This document shows, one piece after another, positions 42,001-54,331 of a DNA stretch of 64,000 bases. Each line of letters opens with the position of its first letter. Position 1 is the first letter of the stretch. The stretch is from positions 12,276,001 to 12,340,000 of the forward strand of contig OZ059898.1 of the NCBI GenBank assembly GCA_964057225.1, written 5' to 3'. A program made the position numbers and the translations under genes. The stretch comes from Auanema rhodensis. Lineage: Eukaryota > Animalia > Nematoda. The notes under the pieces were generated by a model, which was given only the letters and a program-made list of their open reading frames with translations, did not search any database and was not told the origin of the DNA.

Positions 42001-45000
42001 TCAATTATTAATTTTCAAAAAAAAGTTCTTCACAAGTGCACTAGAATAGGCGTTCTGTGATATTTATTTGGATATTTAGTTTTCTTTTCGTGTAACTGAT
42101 ATTCTCAAGTTTTAAACATGAGCCTAAGCTTATACAGGATAAGTAATTCTCACTAACTATATCATCTTTTGATGATTTACCATTAACTATATGTATAAAT
42201 ATATTATATTAATCGCAATGATCAATTTTTCAAATTTCCTGTCTGTAAACTGGTATTTGTCCTGCTTTGTCGCAATTACTAAGTCATCTAATATTTAAAA
42301 TATCTCGTGTCAACTTACAATTATCATTATTTTCTCTTATTTTCATATAATTATTAATTATTATGTATATTATATGCTCATTTCATTTCATTTTAAACAT
42401 TTGAGCTTGTATCTAAACGTTTGTTTTTTCCTCCCTCATCCACACTTTCATCTCATCTCAATATCAAGTGGCCCAGGTATTCAGTGGTTACAACTATCTG
42501 ATTTTACTTCATAACTCAACTGTCGTATCTTAGAAAAACAGAAAATTAACCCCTCGTGCAGTTGTATTAATTCGCGTTTCATAACCTCACCGAATAGAAA
42601 ATACAATTATTCCTGGCAATCTTCTATTTTTAGAATTCTGATCATCTCTATCTCTAGAGCCCTAATTTCTCTCTCTCTTCCTCTCTATTTCAATCCGGCA
42701 CTACATGCTTGTCCTCAATCTCTCCCTCTCAGACTTGGACTTTCAAATTTTTCTTCATAGCGCTTAGGTAATTCATTTACAATCTGTAGGGAAGATTAGT
42801 AGGTAGTATGATGAAGCTCAAATGCATCGTTGATCACATTGTTCAAGCTAACGATTGATCTCAAACATATACAACATTAATCTGATCTGAAGACGATTTC
42901 TTTGTGACTATGACTAGAAGGAATCACAAACTTTGAACGCTATATAAAGCCATCCGTACTCATTTCCTACGCCCCTTAATCGATTTAACAAAATAAGATT
43001 TAATTGAAATACAAGATTAAAAACAAATTAAGATATGCACACATGTATCTATGTCTTCTCAGAACAGAATAAAACCACTAGGTCTGCTCTTCTTGGCTCT
43101 CCAGATAGACAAAATCATTGGCTTCCACGTTTCTCACTATCTGAGAACGTCACACATTCACTGTATGACGAAGCTAGCTGCCGAAAACTTATAAAAACTT
43201 TCCGGTAAACGTAGGCGGACGAATCTGTTCGTTTATGTGTTTGTACAAGCTTATGTGCTCAAAATCAAACGAACTTTCCCACAATATGTGTAGAACAAAC
43301 TGTCAAATAAGTCAGATTATTTTTCAAAGATTGTTAAGCTACTCTTTTCTTTTTCTCTCTCACTCTCTCTCTTTCTTTCTATATCTTATTCTCTCTCTAT
43401 ACATATATGTATATATCTCGCTCTCTCTTTCTCTCTCTCTATATCTCTTTTTCTCCCTGACTATGTCTATTTCTCTTGTGTTCAATTTTCTTTTTTTTCA
43501 TAACATATCAGTGTACATCTATTATTTTTGTTTCTCTTCAATTATTTCATGTAAGAAACATTTTCTAATCGTTTACTATTTGTAATTTTATAATTTTGCC
43601 ATATATTTCATTAAAAATCCATATTTTAGTTGCACATTGATATAGTTGAAGTATGGATCATCATTGTTCTTATGAAGACAATGATGAAAGGCTTCAATGC
43701 TTATTACAGTAATCTAATTGTGAAACGTTGTATCATTCATATGAAAAGGAAAAAAAAGTCTAAATAGACCTTCTTATACTATGTATGTCTTGTTTTAGTT
43801 TGTGAATCTCAATGATCAATCTCCTTATTTTTTTCTATTTTCTGTAAAAATAATCGAAGGTGAAAGATTACGTAATGACTAAATCTAATCAATCTTCTTT
43901 ATCTTTTTATTTTTTTCAAAATTTTGTTCTCACTACTCATGTAGTTGTGTATTATTTATTTTTTTTATTTTTGCATTGTATTTTTTTATATTCGCCTACT
44001 ATGCAATCTCTCTCTCTCCTTCTCTCTTCTTCTATCTTTCTCTATCACTCTCTCTATATCTCTCTCTTTCTATCTCTATCTGTCCTATCCTAATCGTCTT
44101 CTCTTCCACAGCAGCCTGTTCACATGCTGAACTCCTCCTACTTATATACATACGTAGATGGAGTTGACGATAAAGCCAGAGAAACCTCATCATGTTTTGA
44201 TTTCATTTCACAAAAAAAAAATCTCCTCATTCGTTGTCTGCTATTTAGCAATTTTTCAATTTCAAAATTCTCAAATATAACTTATAGAATGGTTTCTGTT
44301 GAAGTAGGTTTACAGATCACTCATTGGCGTCAGCGGATCACAGAGTTTCTTAAGCTGTTGTGTGTATGGTAACATTCATTGCAACGTTCTCATAAGCATG
44401 GATAGACCTAAACTCATCTATTTCATACTCACTCTATCGTTTATCTGCTCCATTGCTCAGGCATCAACCCTCCCAAGCAGGAACGGCTTCCAGTCCAAGA
44501 GTTTCCCTTTCCTTAATTTAATTTCATTTCATTTTCATTATATCTTCCCGTACTTGAGATCATTATGTCTCTCACAGAATTTTCTCTTCGCCTTCTATAT
44601 CTTCTGCCTTTTTCTTCATTTTCATACATATGTATGTGACTCTCTAGTTTTTCGCAATGTTTGATCTCTATGTTGGTTCGTGACTTGCCAGATGCGGTCA
44701 AGGCTTCTGTCATCCTAATGAAGACAAAATGAACGACTGAAGCTGATTTTAGTCTCTTATCCTCTTCATGTTCTTTGTTTCAATTCACCTCTGCATATCC
44801 CTTCCGTCTTTTCTTCCGCCTTCCACTTGTATTCAAATTCAATCAGTTTTTACTTTAACGTTGTATAAGTGTGTCGACTGCAGACATCGCTGCAAATCCC
44901 CTCCACGTGGACATTCACATGCTCTTTCACGTGGATATTCACGTATGCTAAATTGCACTAAGCATCTCCATTTCAATATATTCGCAAAGTAGAACGGTTG

Positions 45001-45192
45001 CTCTCGATTTCTATGTTGTAGTCCTTTGCTTTGACTCATATTTGCATTTTTTCTTATTTTTCTTCGTCTTTTATAATTTTTAACTTATAACAATGAATGT
45101 GAAGAATTCACAACGAGCTTATTCTTCGTCGTAAACTGCAACTTCCTGTTTTCATTTGGTTTTCAAAATATTTTTTTCTTTATTTTTAGGTA

Positions 45193-48100
45193 ATGGACTC
45201 GGATCCATCATCTATGTTATCATTAGATTCTACATATACATCTGATTTACCTCAGCCTTCCGTTCTAAATAATTCGACTGAAACATGTATTGATATACGT
45301 GAATTTCTCTATAAAAATGAATCAGATCTTACTCTTGAGCCAATAACTATGGTTACATTTGGCTTCATATATTCACTCTTTATCACGTAAGTCTCTTCTT
45401 TCAATTTTATTTTTTTCTTATATTTTTCTTATTTTTCAATAATATTAAAGAAAAAAGTTATAAATAATATAGCTTCTATTGGAAAGAATGATTAACAATA
45501 ACTTTTTTCATTCTCTTATTATATACATAGTTACATTATGAAAAAAAGAAAATTAGTAATGTAGTCAGAGAATAGCAGCTAGAGCAGATTTTTCTTCAGG
45601 TTTTGAAGCTTAATTAGCAGATTAAAGACAGCATAGCATATCTGCTGTTTCAAATGAAGATTTAAAGCTGACTGTTCTAAAAAAGTCATTTAAATTCCTT
45701 ATTCGATTTTCCAAAGAATGCATGCATGATAGAGCTTAAGGATTTATGTGAGTGGAGAATAGAAAGATGGCTTGGAGACGAAATATGATTTCTAAAGCAG
45801 AGCTTCATCGTCTCAATAGAGTTTCGATAGCATTTTCATTAAATATCTGACAACAATTAACTATAAGTTATTATATATTGCATAGTATATTAACAATAAA
45901 ATATTATTTTTAATCAAATAAACACTTAAATGTTTTTATAATTATATATTCAATCATTCTCATACTAGTAGTATCATCAGAACATATCTTAATCTTTCGT
46001 CACCATCACACACATATAATTTGCAAATCGTTCAACAGGCAGTACGAGAAGAAGAGGAAAAAGATCTCAACAAAGCCTATGACAACGACAACGAAGATGT
46101 CGACGTCGACGACGAAGATTGAAAACGGAGTTGAATATAGATAGACATGCAATGAAGAATTCATCTAAAACTTATGGTGCCTTATAAGAAGCCATGTGAA
46201 AAGAAGAGGAGAGAGAGAGAGACTGAGAGTGCTTTACGGCCTGAGAAAATCGTCAGATTTATGAGATTTTTTCACGTTAAAACCTACATTTTTTTATATT
46301 TTATATACAATCTTACCACATGCAATCATAAAACATTATTCAGTTTGCTGTACTGATATTTGCAAAATCTTATATTGAAAATAATAAATTTTATCCCAAA
46401 AAAAGCACTATGATCGAATGAAGAAGAAAAAATAAATATGTACTTTAATGTTAGTAATCATCAGCACTAATGCAATTTCTAACAACAAACTATTATGAGT
46501 AGGTCAAAGCCAGGATTGAGCTTGGTATACGAGCATTTAAATAATACTAAAAAATATTTTTAAGCTTTAAACTTGTTTGTAGTTTTGAATGTTTGTCTCA
46601 GCCAACGTTTAGAACTTTCAATTTGAACTTAAGAATATATGTGTGCATGTTTCTGTTGATGACAAGAATCTTTTGCAACTTTTAGCTGCAACTAAATCTT
46701 CAAAATGTTTGTTATTTTCAGGTTAGGCGTTGTTGGAAATTTATTGGTTATCATATCCGTGTACCAGAATCGATCATTGCAATCTGTTCGAAATATATTT
46801 ATAGTATCATTGAGTGTTTCTGATATAGTTGTCTCCATTGTATCTGGTTCTGTGACATCTATATCAGCTTTCTCAAAGACATGGCTTTTTGGAGCAAATA
46901 TGTGCTATTTTGTACCATTAATTCAGGTTTGTTTTATCATATTTACATCAATTATAAAAACTATTTTTAATATCTATTTCAGGGAACCAGCTTATGCTTT
47001 TCAACGCTAACACTTACTGCAATAGCAATTGACCGATTTATACTCATCATATTTCCAGCTAAAAAGTGAGTTTTTCAATAATAATTAAATATTATTTGAT
47101 ATATTTATAACTTTATTATTTTATTTTTTTTATTTTTTTAAATATTATTTTAATTTAAAAAATGACAATTGAATCACTAAATAAGGACATATTATATACC
47201 TAAACTTATTAGTAAAATTAGATAATAGGGTAATGAATTGGAAAACGTGTTAAGCATTCGTGGAAATACTCAAAATTTTCCGAATGTTTTCAACTAAATG
47301 GATATAGTCTAATATAAAACATGAACTCTATAAACTAATTCGCTTTAGCATGCTTCGTTTGCAAACTTGTTTCATAAAAAAAGCCCACAGTATTAACAGA
47401 AACATGGTTCCAAATATATATTAAGACAGATGTATTTTTTTTTGTAGAATTTTCTATATAGTTAAGTAATAAAATCTTCCAAAATTCTTTCTTGTGAAAT
47501 CGAAAAGAAAAAAAAAAGAAAATTTCTGTTTGTTGAAACATACTTGACTACTAATTATTCTTTTTTTTGTCTGTTTCAGGCCAATACAGATGTCAATGGC
47601 TCTGAAGATGATCATACTTAATTGCTCCATTGCTGCTTCCGTTTCATTTCCAATGTTTCTGAAACAAAGGTTAACAGAATTTCAAAACTTCTGTGGTCAT
47701 TTCTGTGCTGAAGACTGGGGAAATGATATCTATGCACGATCAGTATACGGTAATTAAGAGCTGTTGCAGAATTTTTAAGTTTAATTGGAGCATATTTCAG
47801 GAACAGTTGTCTTTATACTTCAATTCGTTATTCCTTTTAAAATTATATCTTTTTGCTATTTAATGATTTCATTAAAATTAAAACGAGTAAGTTTTAAATG
47901 TTTCTTTTTTTCTTAAATATGTTCATTGTTAGGGAATGCTGGTTAGAAATTCAAAAAATGAAGAACTAATTATGACTGAACAACGTAAAGCAGCTTTGAA
48001 AAGACGATTGAGAACTAATCGGATGCTTATTGGCATGGTAAGTGCTACATACTTCCTATCTATTGACTGTATTTTTGACTTTACTAACTATTTAAAATGA

Positions 48101-48676
48101 TTTTAATTATCTAATTCTCTTATAATTTCTTCATCTTTAGGTAGGAGTATTTTTCTGTTGTTGGATGCCATCCGTTGTTTTCAACTTTCTAAGAGATTAT
48201 GGATGGTTACCAAATTATGTGCGACAACAAGAATATCTATTTGGAGTCATAACACATTGCATATCCATGAGGTTGGACTTTATAGTCTCTCTCTTTCTCT
48301 ATTTCTTTTGTTGAAATAAAAATTTAATTTTTATTTAAAAACTATGAAATTAGTTAAATTATTCTAAATGAAAAAATATAATTTCAGTTCAACAATATGG
48401 AATCCTTGTCTGTATGCATTAATGAATGAGCAATTTCGTATAGCATTTGTATCGTTATTGAATAATCTGAAGACAACAGATAAAAAAAAGGTAAACAAAT
48501 ATACTTTTTACTTCATTTTATGAAGAAAAATGACTCAATTCTTTTTAAAATTTCATAAATTCTAGATTCAAATGCGACGATGTTCGCGCTTGATGTCCAA
48601 CACAACACTGTTGAAAAGCCATTCAGTTAAAGCCGGAGCTGATACAAGCTCAGAATATCAAGGAAACATGTTGTAA
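45193..48676 (+). CDS. npr-10: Neuropeptide Y/F-like receptor, NPR-10-like (NPR-4/NPR-10 group)
   Basis: Exons 45193-45386, 46722-46926, 46983-47065, 47580-47749, 47801-47886, 47933-48037, 48141-48271, 48388-48490, 48566-48676. Motifs CIDIREFL..DLTLEPI, GNLLVI, LQSVRNIFIVSLSVSDI, AIAIDRF, FCGHFCAEDW, RRLRTNRMLIGM, CWMP, WNPCLY; the N-terminal and TM2 wording matches my recollection of C. elegans NPR-10. A TTTTTAG acceptor ends at 45189, just before the ATG. Confidence 0.9.
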
Positions 48677-49210
48677 TCTTATGCTTTCAATTATTATTTT
48701 TTGAATATCGTATCCAAAAGTACTGGTCTTTTTTATAAAAAAAAAGTGTAATTATATGATTACACTATATACATATACATGTGAATATACATATAAGTAA
48801 CTTTATCCAAATATATTATTATTTTATAAATGAATAAAATTGTTTTATATAATATAATAATAATAATACAATGAAAAATGCTAAAAAAACAAAATTATAA
48901 AACGTCATAAGGATGTATTAGACTAATGATTACAACATATTCATTAGATCTCTAAAAGAGTTCGAGAGGGAGAAACAGTAAGAAGGACGAAGCTATTATA
49001 CTCATATTGGCCATCGGTTATGTATATCCTATTAAAGAAATGTATAACTATACATATATAACCATATGTATATAGATAGATGAATGAATCTATTTGTAAT
49101 TTGTGTCTATGTTACGTAATTTCTCTTCTCTTTTTTTTAATTTCAATTTGCTTTTCTCATGAAATTGGCTGATTCAGCTGTAAAATTGAAATAAGGCATC
49201 AAAGAAGAGG

Positions 49211-49250
49211 AAAGAAGAAGAAGAAGAAGAAGAAGAAGAAGAGGAAGAGG
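49211..49250. repeat. (GAA)n trinucleotide repeat
   Basis: About 10 GAA units plus degenerate GAG units between the convergent npr-10 and RTK 3' ends. Confidence 0.85.
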
Positions 49251-49513
49251 AAAGCTAACTAATTAAGAAGAATATTTACGAAGTTATGGTTTCTCGAGAT
49301 CATTCGGAAAATATAGAGATATGATGAATGAACTGATAAAAAATTAAACCAAAAATAGATGATTGATCAGCAAATAGTTCGTTGACAGATTAAGATTAAT
49401 ATTTAACTGCAATGAGTATCATTCTTGACTGGAACATCATGTGTTTTAAGATTTCTGATCTCTTTCAGTTCATCTAAGGACTAAGAAGATGCCAGTCCGT
49501 ATTTGAACAAACC

Positions 49514-52500
49514 TTATGCATATCCAGATCCTAATGTGCTCTTTCTCTTAAGTTGAATATAGCCTAAATCGTCATCAGTTGCTCGTAACATTCTGTATAA
49601 AATCATCATAATGTTTGATATAACATTTCAAATAAAACCTGGATAATTTCTGTGTTATATCCAGAAATGTTGGTCTATGCTGTACTTCAACACAAAAACA
49701 CATCTGCATCAGGGCGCTTCTGAAGTTTTAAAAGATTTCATAATGCCTGTCATCATAATAAATGAGTATCTCACATCTCGGAGGTTTGATCCGTTTGTGG
49801 AAGCTTCAACCGATGCCCTTCCTTAAGTCTTTCTAAGAGGTTTGCCGGTTGAATTCCAGCATATGGTGTTTGGCCATATGTATATATTTCAAACAGAACA
49901 ACACCAAAGGACCATCTGTATATATTAGCTATTCTGAACGTTTTCATGTTTAATCCAACTTACACATCACTCTGATGACTGAATTCTCCGCTCTCTAATG
50001 CCTCCATAGCTGTCCAGCATATTGCTATGTGATATGGAATAACTTTTTCGATACTTGATGAAGAACAAGCTAATCCGAAGTCACCAATCTTAATTAAGAT
50101 CAGTCATTCTGGGACCATAAATGAATTTGAAACCTTCACAATAAATCCTGTAGTTACCAATATATTACGAGCAGCCAAATCCCTATGTATAATATCAAGG
50201 GAATGAATATAGTTCTGAGAAAAGGAAGTAAAAATTAACAATTTTATAAGTTTTCTATTGAAATCTATTTAATCGGCAAAAGAGTTTGTTTTTTATTTTT
50301 CATTTCATTAGAATTTATATTTTCCGGAAAAAAAACGAAGCCTCAAACTTGAACTCCATTAAGCTTAGGCATGAAGCTGTTTGATCATGGATAATTCAAT
50401 TTCTTTTTTAATTTTGGGAATTATGGGAATCCTCACCATTCCCACCGATATTTGATGACAAATCGATAACTGAGTGATTTGAGAAATATTCTCAGATCCA
50501 GTTTCATTCTAAAATACACGAATAGATCAATTGGGGAAACGTTCAAGCTAACAATCCGATGTTCACGAAGAGCATGACGCAAATCTCTTTTTTCGCAAAA
50601 CTCCATTATGATCATTGGATCTGTTCGACAGGAAACGGTTCCAATTATGGACACTATATTTGGATGATATGGAATAGTCTGAGCAATCAAATTTCAAAAT
50701 ATAATCAGAAAATGATTAGTGTACCTTCATTAGTTCCATCTCTTTGAACAAAGCAATTCTATCTTTATCTGAGCATATATGAGGCAGCCTCTTAACAGCA
50801 ACCTGTAGAGGATTATAGGTAATTATTTTTTAGCAATCAAACACCTCTAAGTGTCCATCTGATAGTTGTCTAACACCAAAATATTTTCTACGATCATCTC
50901 CAGCATCTTTTACAATGCCTTTGTAAACGTTTGAAAAAGCTCCATGAAAGACAGTCCCTGATTCAATATAAATATCTTCTTTACTAATTTCCAAGTTGCT
51001 GTTTCTGAAACATTAGTGTTGAAGTATTACCATTAATAGCTTCTCCATACCTTTGTTCATTAACAATATTCTTAAGTCTTTCATATCGTTCGCTTATTGA
51101 TGCCAGATCCATAGGTAAACTACGGATTTCATTTAAACGTTTGATTTCTTTAGCTCTGAATCTTTCCAGAACTGACTGTCTTCCTTTTCGTTTATAAAGA
51201 AAAACATTAACAAAGATTATAATTATAAAAATTATGCATAGTAAAGGAACTGTCACCATTATAACGATATCTGTTAAAAAAAGTAGAAATGAGTTTCTTA
51301 TGAGCATTTTTTTTTTTAAATTCAAACCTTTTGTAGTAAAATTTTCATTCTTAATTTGACAAGTTCGGAAGATATCTATGTACTGCTGTAAATTGCCAAC
51401 TGTACTTCCTGTTATAACTACTTCTTCGTATTTGGCACAGTAATCAAGAGCTGTCTTGATATCACAAGCTTAAAAAAGTTATGAATTAGTATACCAAACT
51501 GAATGAAGTAAAAGATCTAACATGTTTCGCCGTGATCAATGAAAATTATTTTCATAATAAAGCCAGAAAGTTGTAATTGATTAACAAGTTCCATCTGTTT
51601 ATATATTAGATAACGTAGATCTGTGGAGCTCTAAAAATTTTGTAAGTTTTTAATGAATATTTCTTTAAGCAACCAACATCCAAGCATCGATCACTGCAAC
51701 TAAAATCAGTAAAAAAGTATAATATACCTCCTTGATTATAATCCCTATGACTATAACATGAAAACTTAAAAAATAAAAATATATTTGTATTATAAAATCA
51801 ACTAACAAATTGCCTAAACATTTCCTTCATCACATATACAGCATCGCTTTTATTGAGAAAAGTTGAATTCAAATTTATAGCATCTATCGCGTTATCCAGT
51901 TCAGATTTTTTAGCCTAAAAATGAAATTTGATTATCAAAATTGAAACAAATTTTCAAATTACAAACACAGATCTACATTGAAAAGATGAATTTGTGGGAG
52001 TTAATGTGCCAGGTGAATAATTCTGGTAAGTGCTTTTGCTAGAGCATCCACTTGAGACATTCTGAAACATTTTCGAATAAAATTATAAATTAAAGATAAT
52101 AACTGAAAAACAAAACCTTTAGAAACTGTTTAATTTGGGATAAAATAGATTGTGGATCTTTGCTTTTCATCAACAAGATCATGGATACAATATCCCATTC
52201 ATTACATACTCCATTATTATATTCGATTCCTGCTGAAGAAATGAGAAAAGAAATACAGAAAATATTTGTTAAAAATAGTTTTATGTATGTTATTTACCTT
52301 CATAACTTTTAGGAACAATTTTCTGAGAACAAAAGATGAAATATTTAGAAGTGATGAAGATATCTGGGCCGTCTTACTTACATTTTGGGCATGCTCCATG
52401 AAAAGGTACTGGCTCCATATTAAGAGATGATGTTGGACATGGTGATACAATACAGCTAACTATTTGAAATAACATAAGTAATAATGAGAGTAGAAACCAT

Positions 52501-52523
52501 ATTTTTGCTGCCGATGCATCCAT
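49514..52523 (-). CDS. Single-pass receptor tyrosine kinase of the nematode-expanded type, with a divergent vWA-like ectodomain
   Basis: Signal peptide MDASAAKIWFLLSLLLMLFQIVSC; TM IVIMVTVPLLCIIFIIIIFVNVFLY followed by KRKGR; kinase motifs VFHGAFSNVYKG, VAVK, FKEME, HPNIV, MEFC, IIHRDLAARNILV, KIGDFGL, SDVWSFGVVLFEIYTYGQTPY, RPTF; C-tail LRATDDDLGY..GYA*. Many short GT-AG introns joined in phase. Confidence 0.88.
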
Positions 52524-52613
52524 TCTCCCAATCACACGGCCTACATTAAAGACTATGCATGCTTTCATAGACCACTCATTGAATATCAACTTGTTATCAG
52601 ATTAGGACAAGAC

Positions 52614-53763
52614 TTAACAAGCCGAATTTTCTTTTTGATGGCTTAGGTACACATTTTCTGATAATATTGTATCATCTTTAGGAACCACATCACTGACAGC
52701 TCGTTTGTAGACAAATGTGAAACTGTGCACCTTGATATATAGTTCTGGTTTCTCATAACAATTTTCTATAACTAATTGATTTTTCTTATCAATTTAGATG
52801 CCTATCTCTCTATCTGTCTGGCCATTTTTTATATTCTGATACATACATTTATTTTCTCTTAAACTGTTCAAATAGTTTTCCGCTGATACAAATAAATGTT
52901 GAAAAACTCAAGTGATATGACTTTGTAATCTTCTGCAAATATGATATTAATCTTTGTATAATTAATAAGACTTCATTTAAATTAAAAGCAATTCTCTATT
53001 GTTTCTTGTAGTATATTGTTTATTTTCTTCTTAAATATATAATCACTGTCTCTTTCCATATAATAATGTTGACCAATGATTCATAATAGTATTAGTCTTA
53101 ATTATTTTCAAAATGTTGTTTGATGTTTTTGATTAACAATTTTTTTATCTCTGATAAAATATTTTTCAAAGCAAAGTAGAAAACTAAACTTTAAAAAAAA
53201 AGAAAAGCATTTTGAACTTCTGAATGACATTATATACTCAAATTAGCATATAGCACAACTCCGATTGTTCACGTGTATCACGTTAACAAACTCATTTAAT
53301 ATTTTGAGGCAGATCAGATCGGTTGGATAGATAGATAACAATACAATTTGAACAGAGAACGCTCAATTTGTTCCTGTGTGAGGTGGATTATAACATTCTT
53401 TTATAGTTGTAACCAGCTTATTGACAGAAATAGCAATCATGAGATGTCACCTTGTATACTGAGAAATAAGTCATTCATTTCTTATGGTCACAAGCACTAT
53501 GTTTCAACATGCCGGACAACATATTTTGGTCACAATTGCAAAGAAGTAACGGGCAGAAATTCAACAGCAACCGAAGGAAGTGTATCAAATCGATGTTTCA
53601 TACACCACAATCCATTTCGTTTACACATTGTCCCTCGTGTGTTTTTGAATGTATGCCAGTTACCAGTCTTGTTTCCAGATTCATCTTCATAAAAAGTTAT
53701 AGTAATGCATTCAAACTTGTAATTTTGAGATAAAAGTCGTAAACTCATAGTTTGATCACCCAA
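52614..53763 (-). pseudogene. Possible decayed coding sequence of unknown family
   Basis: Long coding-like frames broken by isolated stops (GQTDREIGI*IDKKNQLVIENCYEKPELYIKVHSFTFVYKR; LSEIKKLLIKNIKQHFENNKTNTIMNHWSTLLYGKRQ*; ORF 53530-53763). No recognised domain. Confidence 0.3.
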
Positions 53764-53800
53764 AACAATTTTGCTAAGCTAGTTCCAACTGCTCTTTCAA

Positions 53801-53846
53801 ATACGTGACTTCACGTGAGATTGAGCGCCCAAAATTTGCGCCGCCC
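53801..53846. promoter_or_regulatory. CpG-rich promoter segment upstream of pcca-1 with a palindromic E-box (TCACGTGA) and E2F-like GCGCC motifs
   Basis: atacgtgacttcacgtgagattgagcgcccaaaatttgcgccgccc in an otherwise AT-rich background, ~500 bp before the pcca-1 ATG. Confidence 0.4.
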
Positions 53847-54331
53847 TATTTATCACAGTTGTTAGGGTATTTCTTCGATTTCCAATAATTATTTTAACAA
53901 ATCGGTGTTTCTTTTCCTGCAGCAAATCTGCTAAGAGGTGCATCTGCCAAGCTCGAACTTCCATTAAATCTTTGGTTCATTCAAATCAAGTTAAATCTCT
54001 TATTATTTGACTTCCACGATTTTTGTGATAAGAGTTCGTCTCATGTATGCTAACGTAGGCTTTTGATCAATCGTTATGTTTTCAAGGAAACCTTATCATA
54101 TTAATGATATAACGGGCATGCTTTTTTTGAGCTATTTTCAATTTTAAATGTTATTTCTTCAGTTTATTTTCTTGTACAACCCATTGCAACTTAAACTTGG
54201 ATGTAATTCCTCCTTCTCATTGCGAGAGCTCTTTCTCTCAATTTCTATCTCTTTCTTTTTAGCTTTGCTGCTTATCATTTCATTTGTTTTTCAATCACAT
54301 AGTTCCATTATTATTAATTTCAGTATTAGGC

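Noticed and set aside
44555-44577. bantam/miR-80 seed TGAGATCAT
   Set aside because: No complementary arm long enough for a pre-miRNA; only a tiny local hairpin.
2879-44713. Dozens of 60-180 aa ORFs rich in LSLSLS, RERERE or Phe/Ile
   Set aside because: They are translations of (CT)n/(GA)n microsatellites and low-complexity AT-rich DNA, with no splice-consistent structure or domain.
52298-52322. Apparent 25-nt micro-exon in RTK intron 1
   Set aside because: Including it breaks the frame with either nearby donor; skipping it keeps the ORF.
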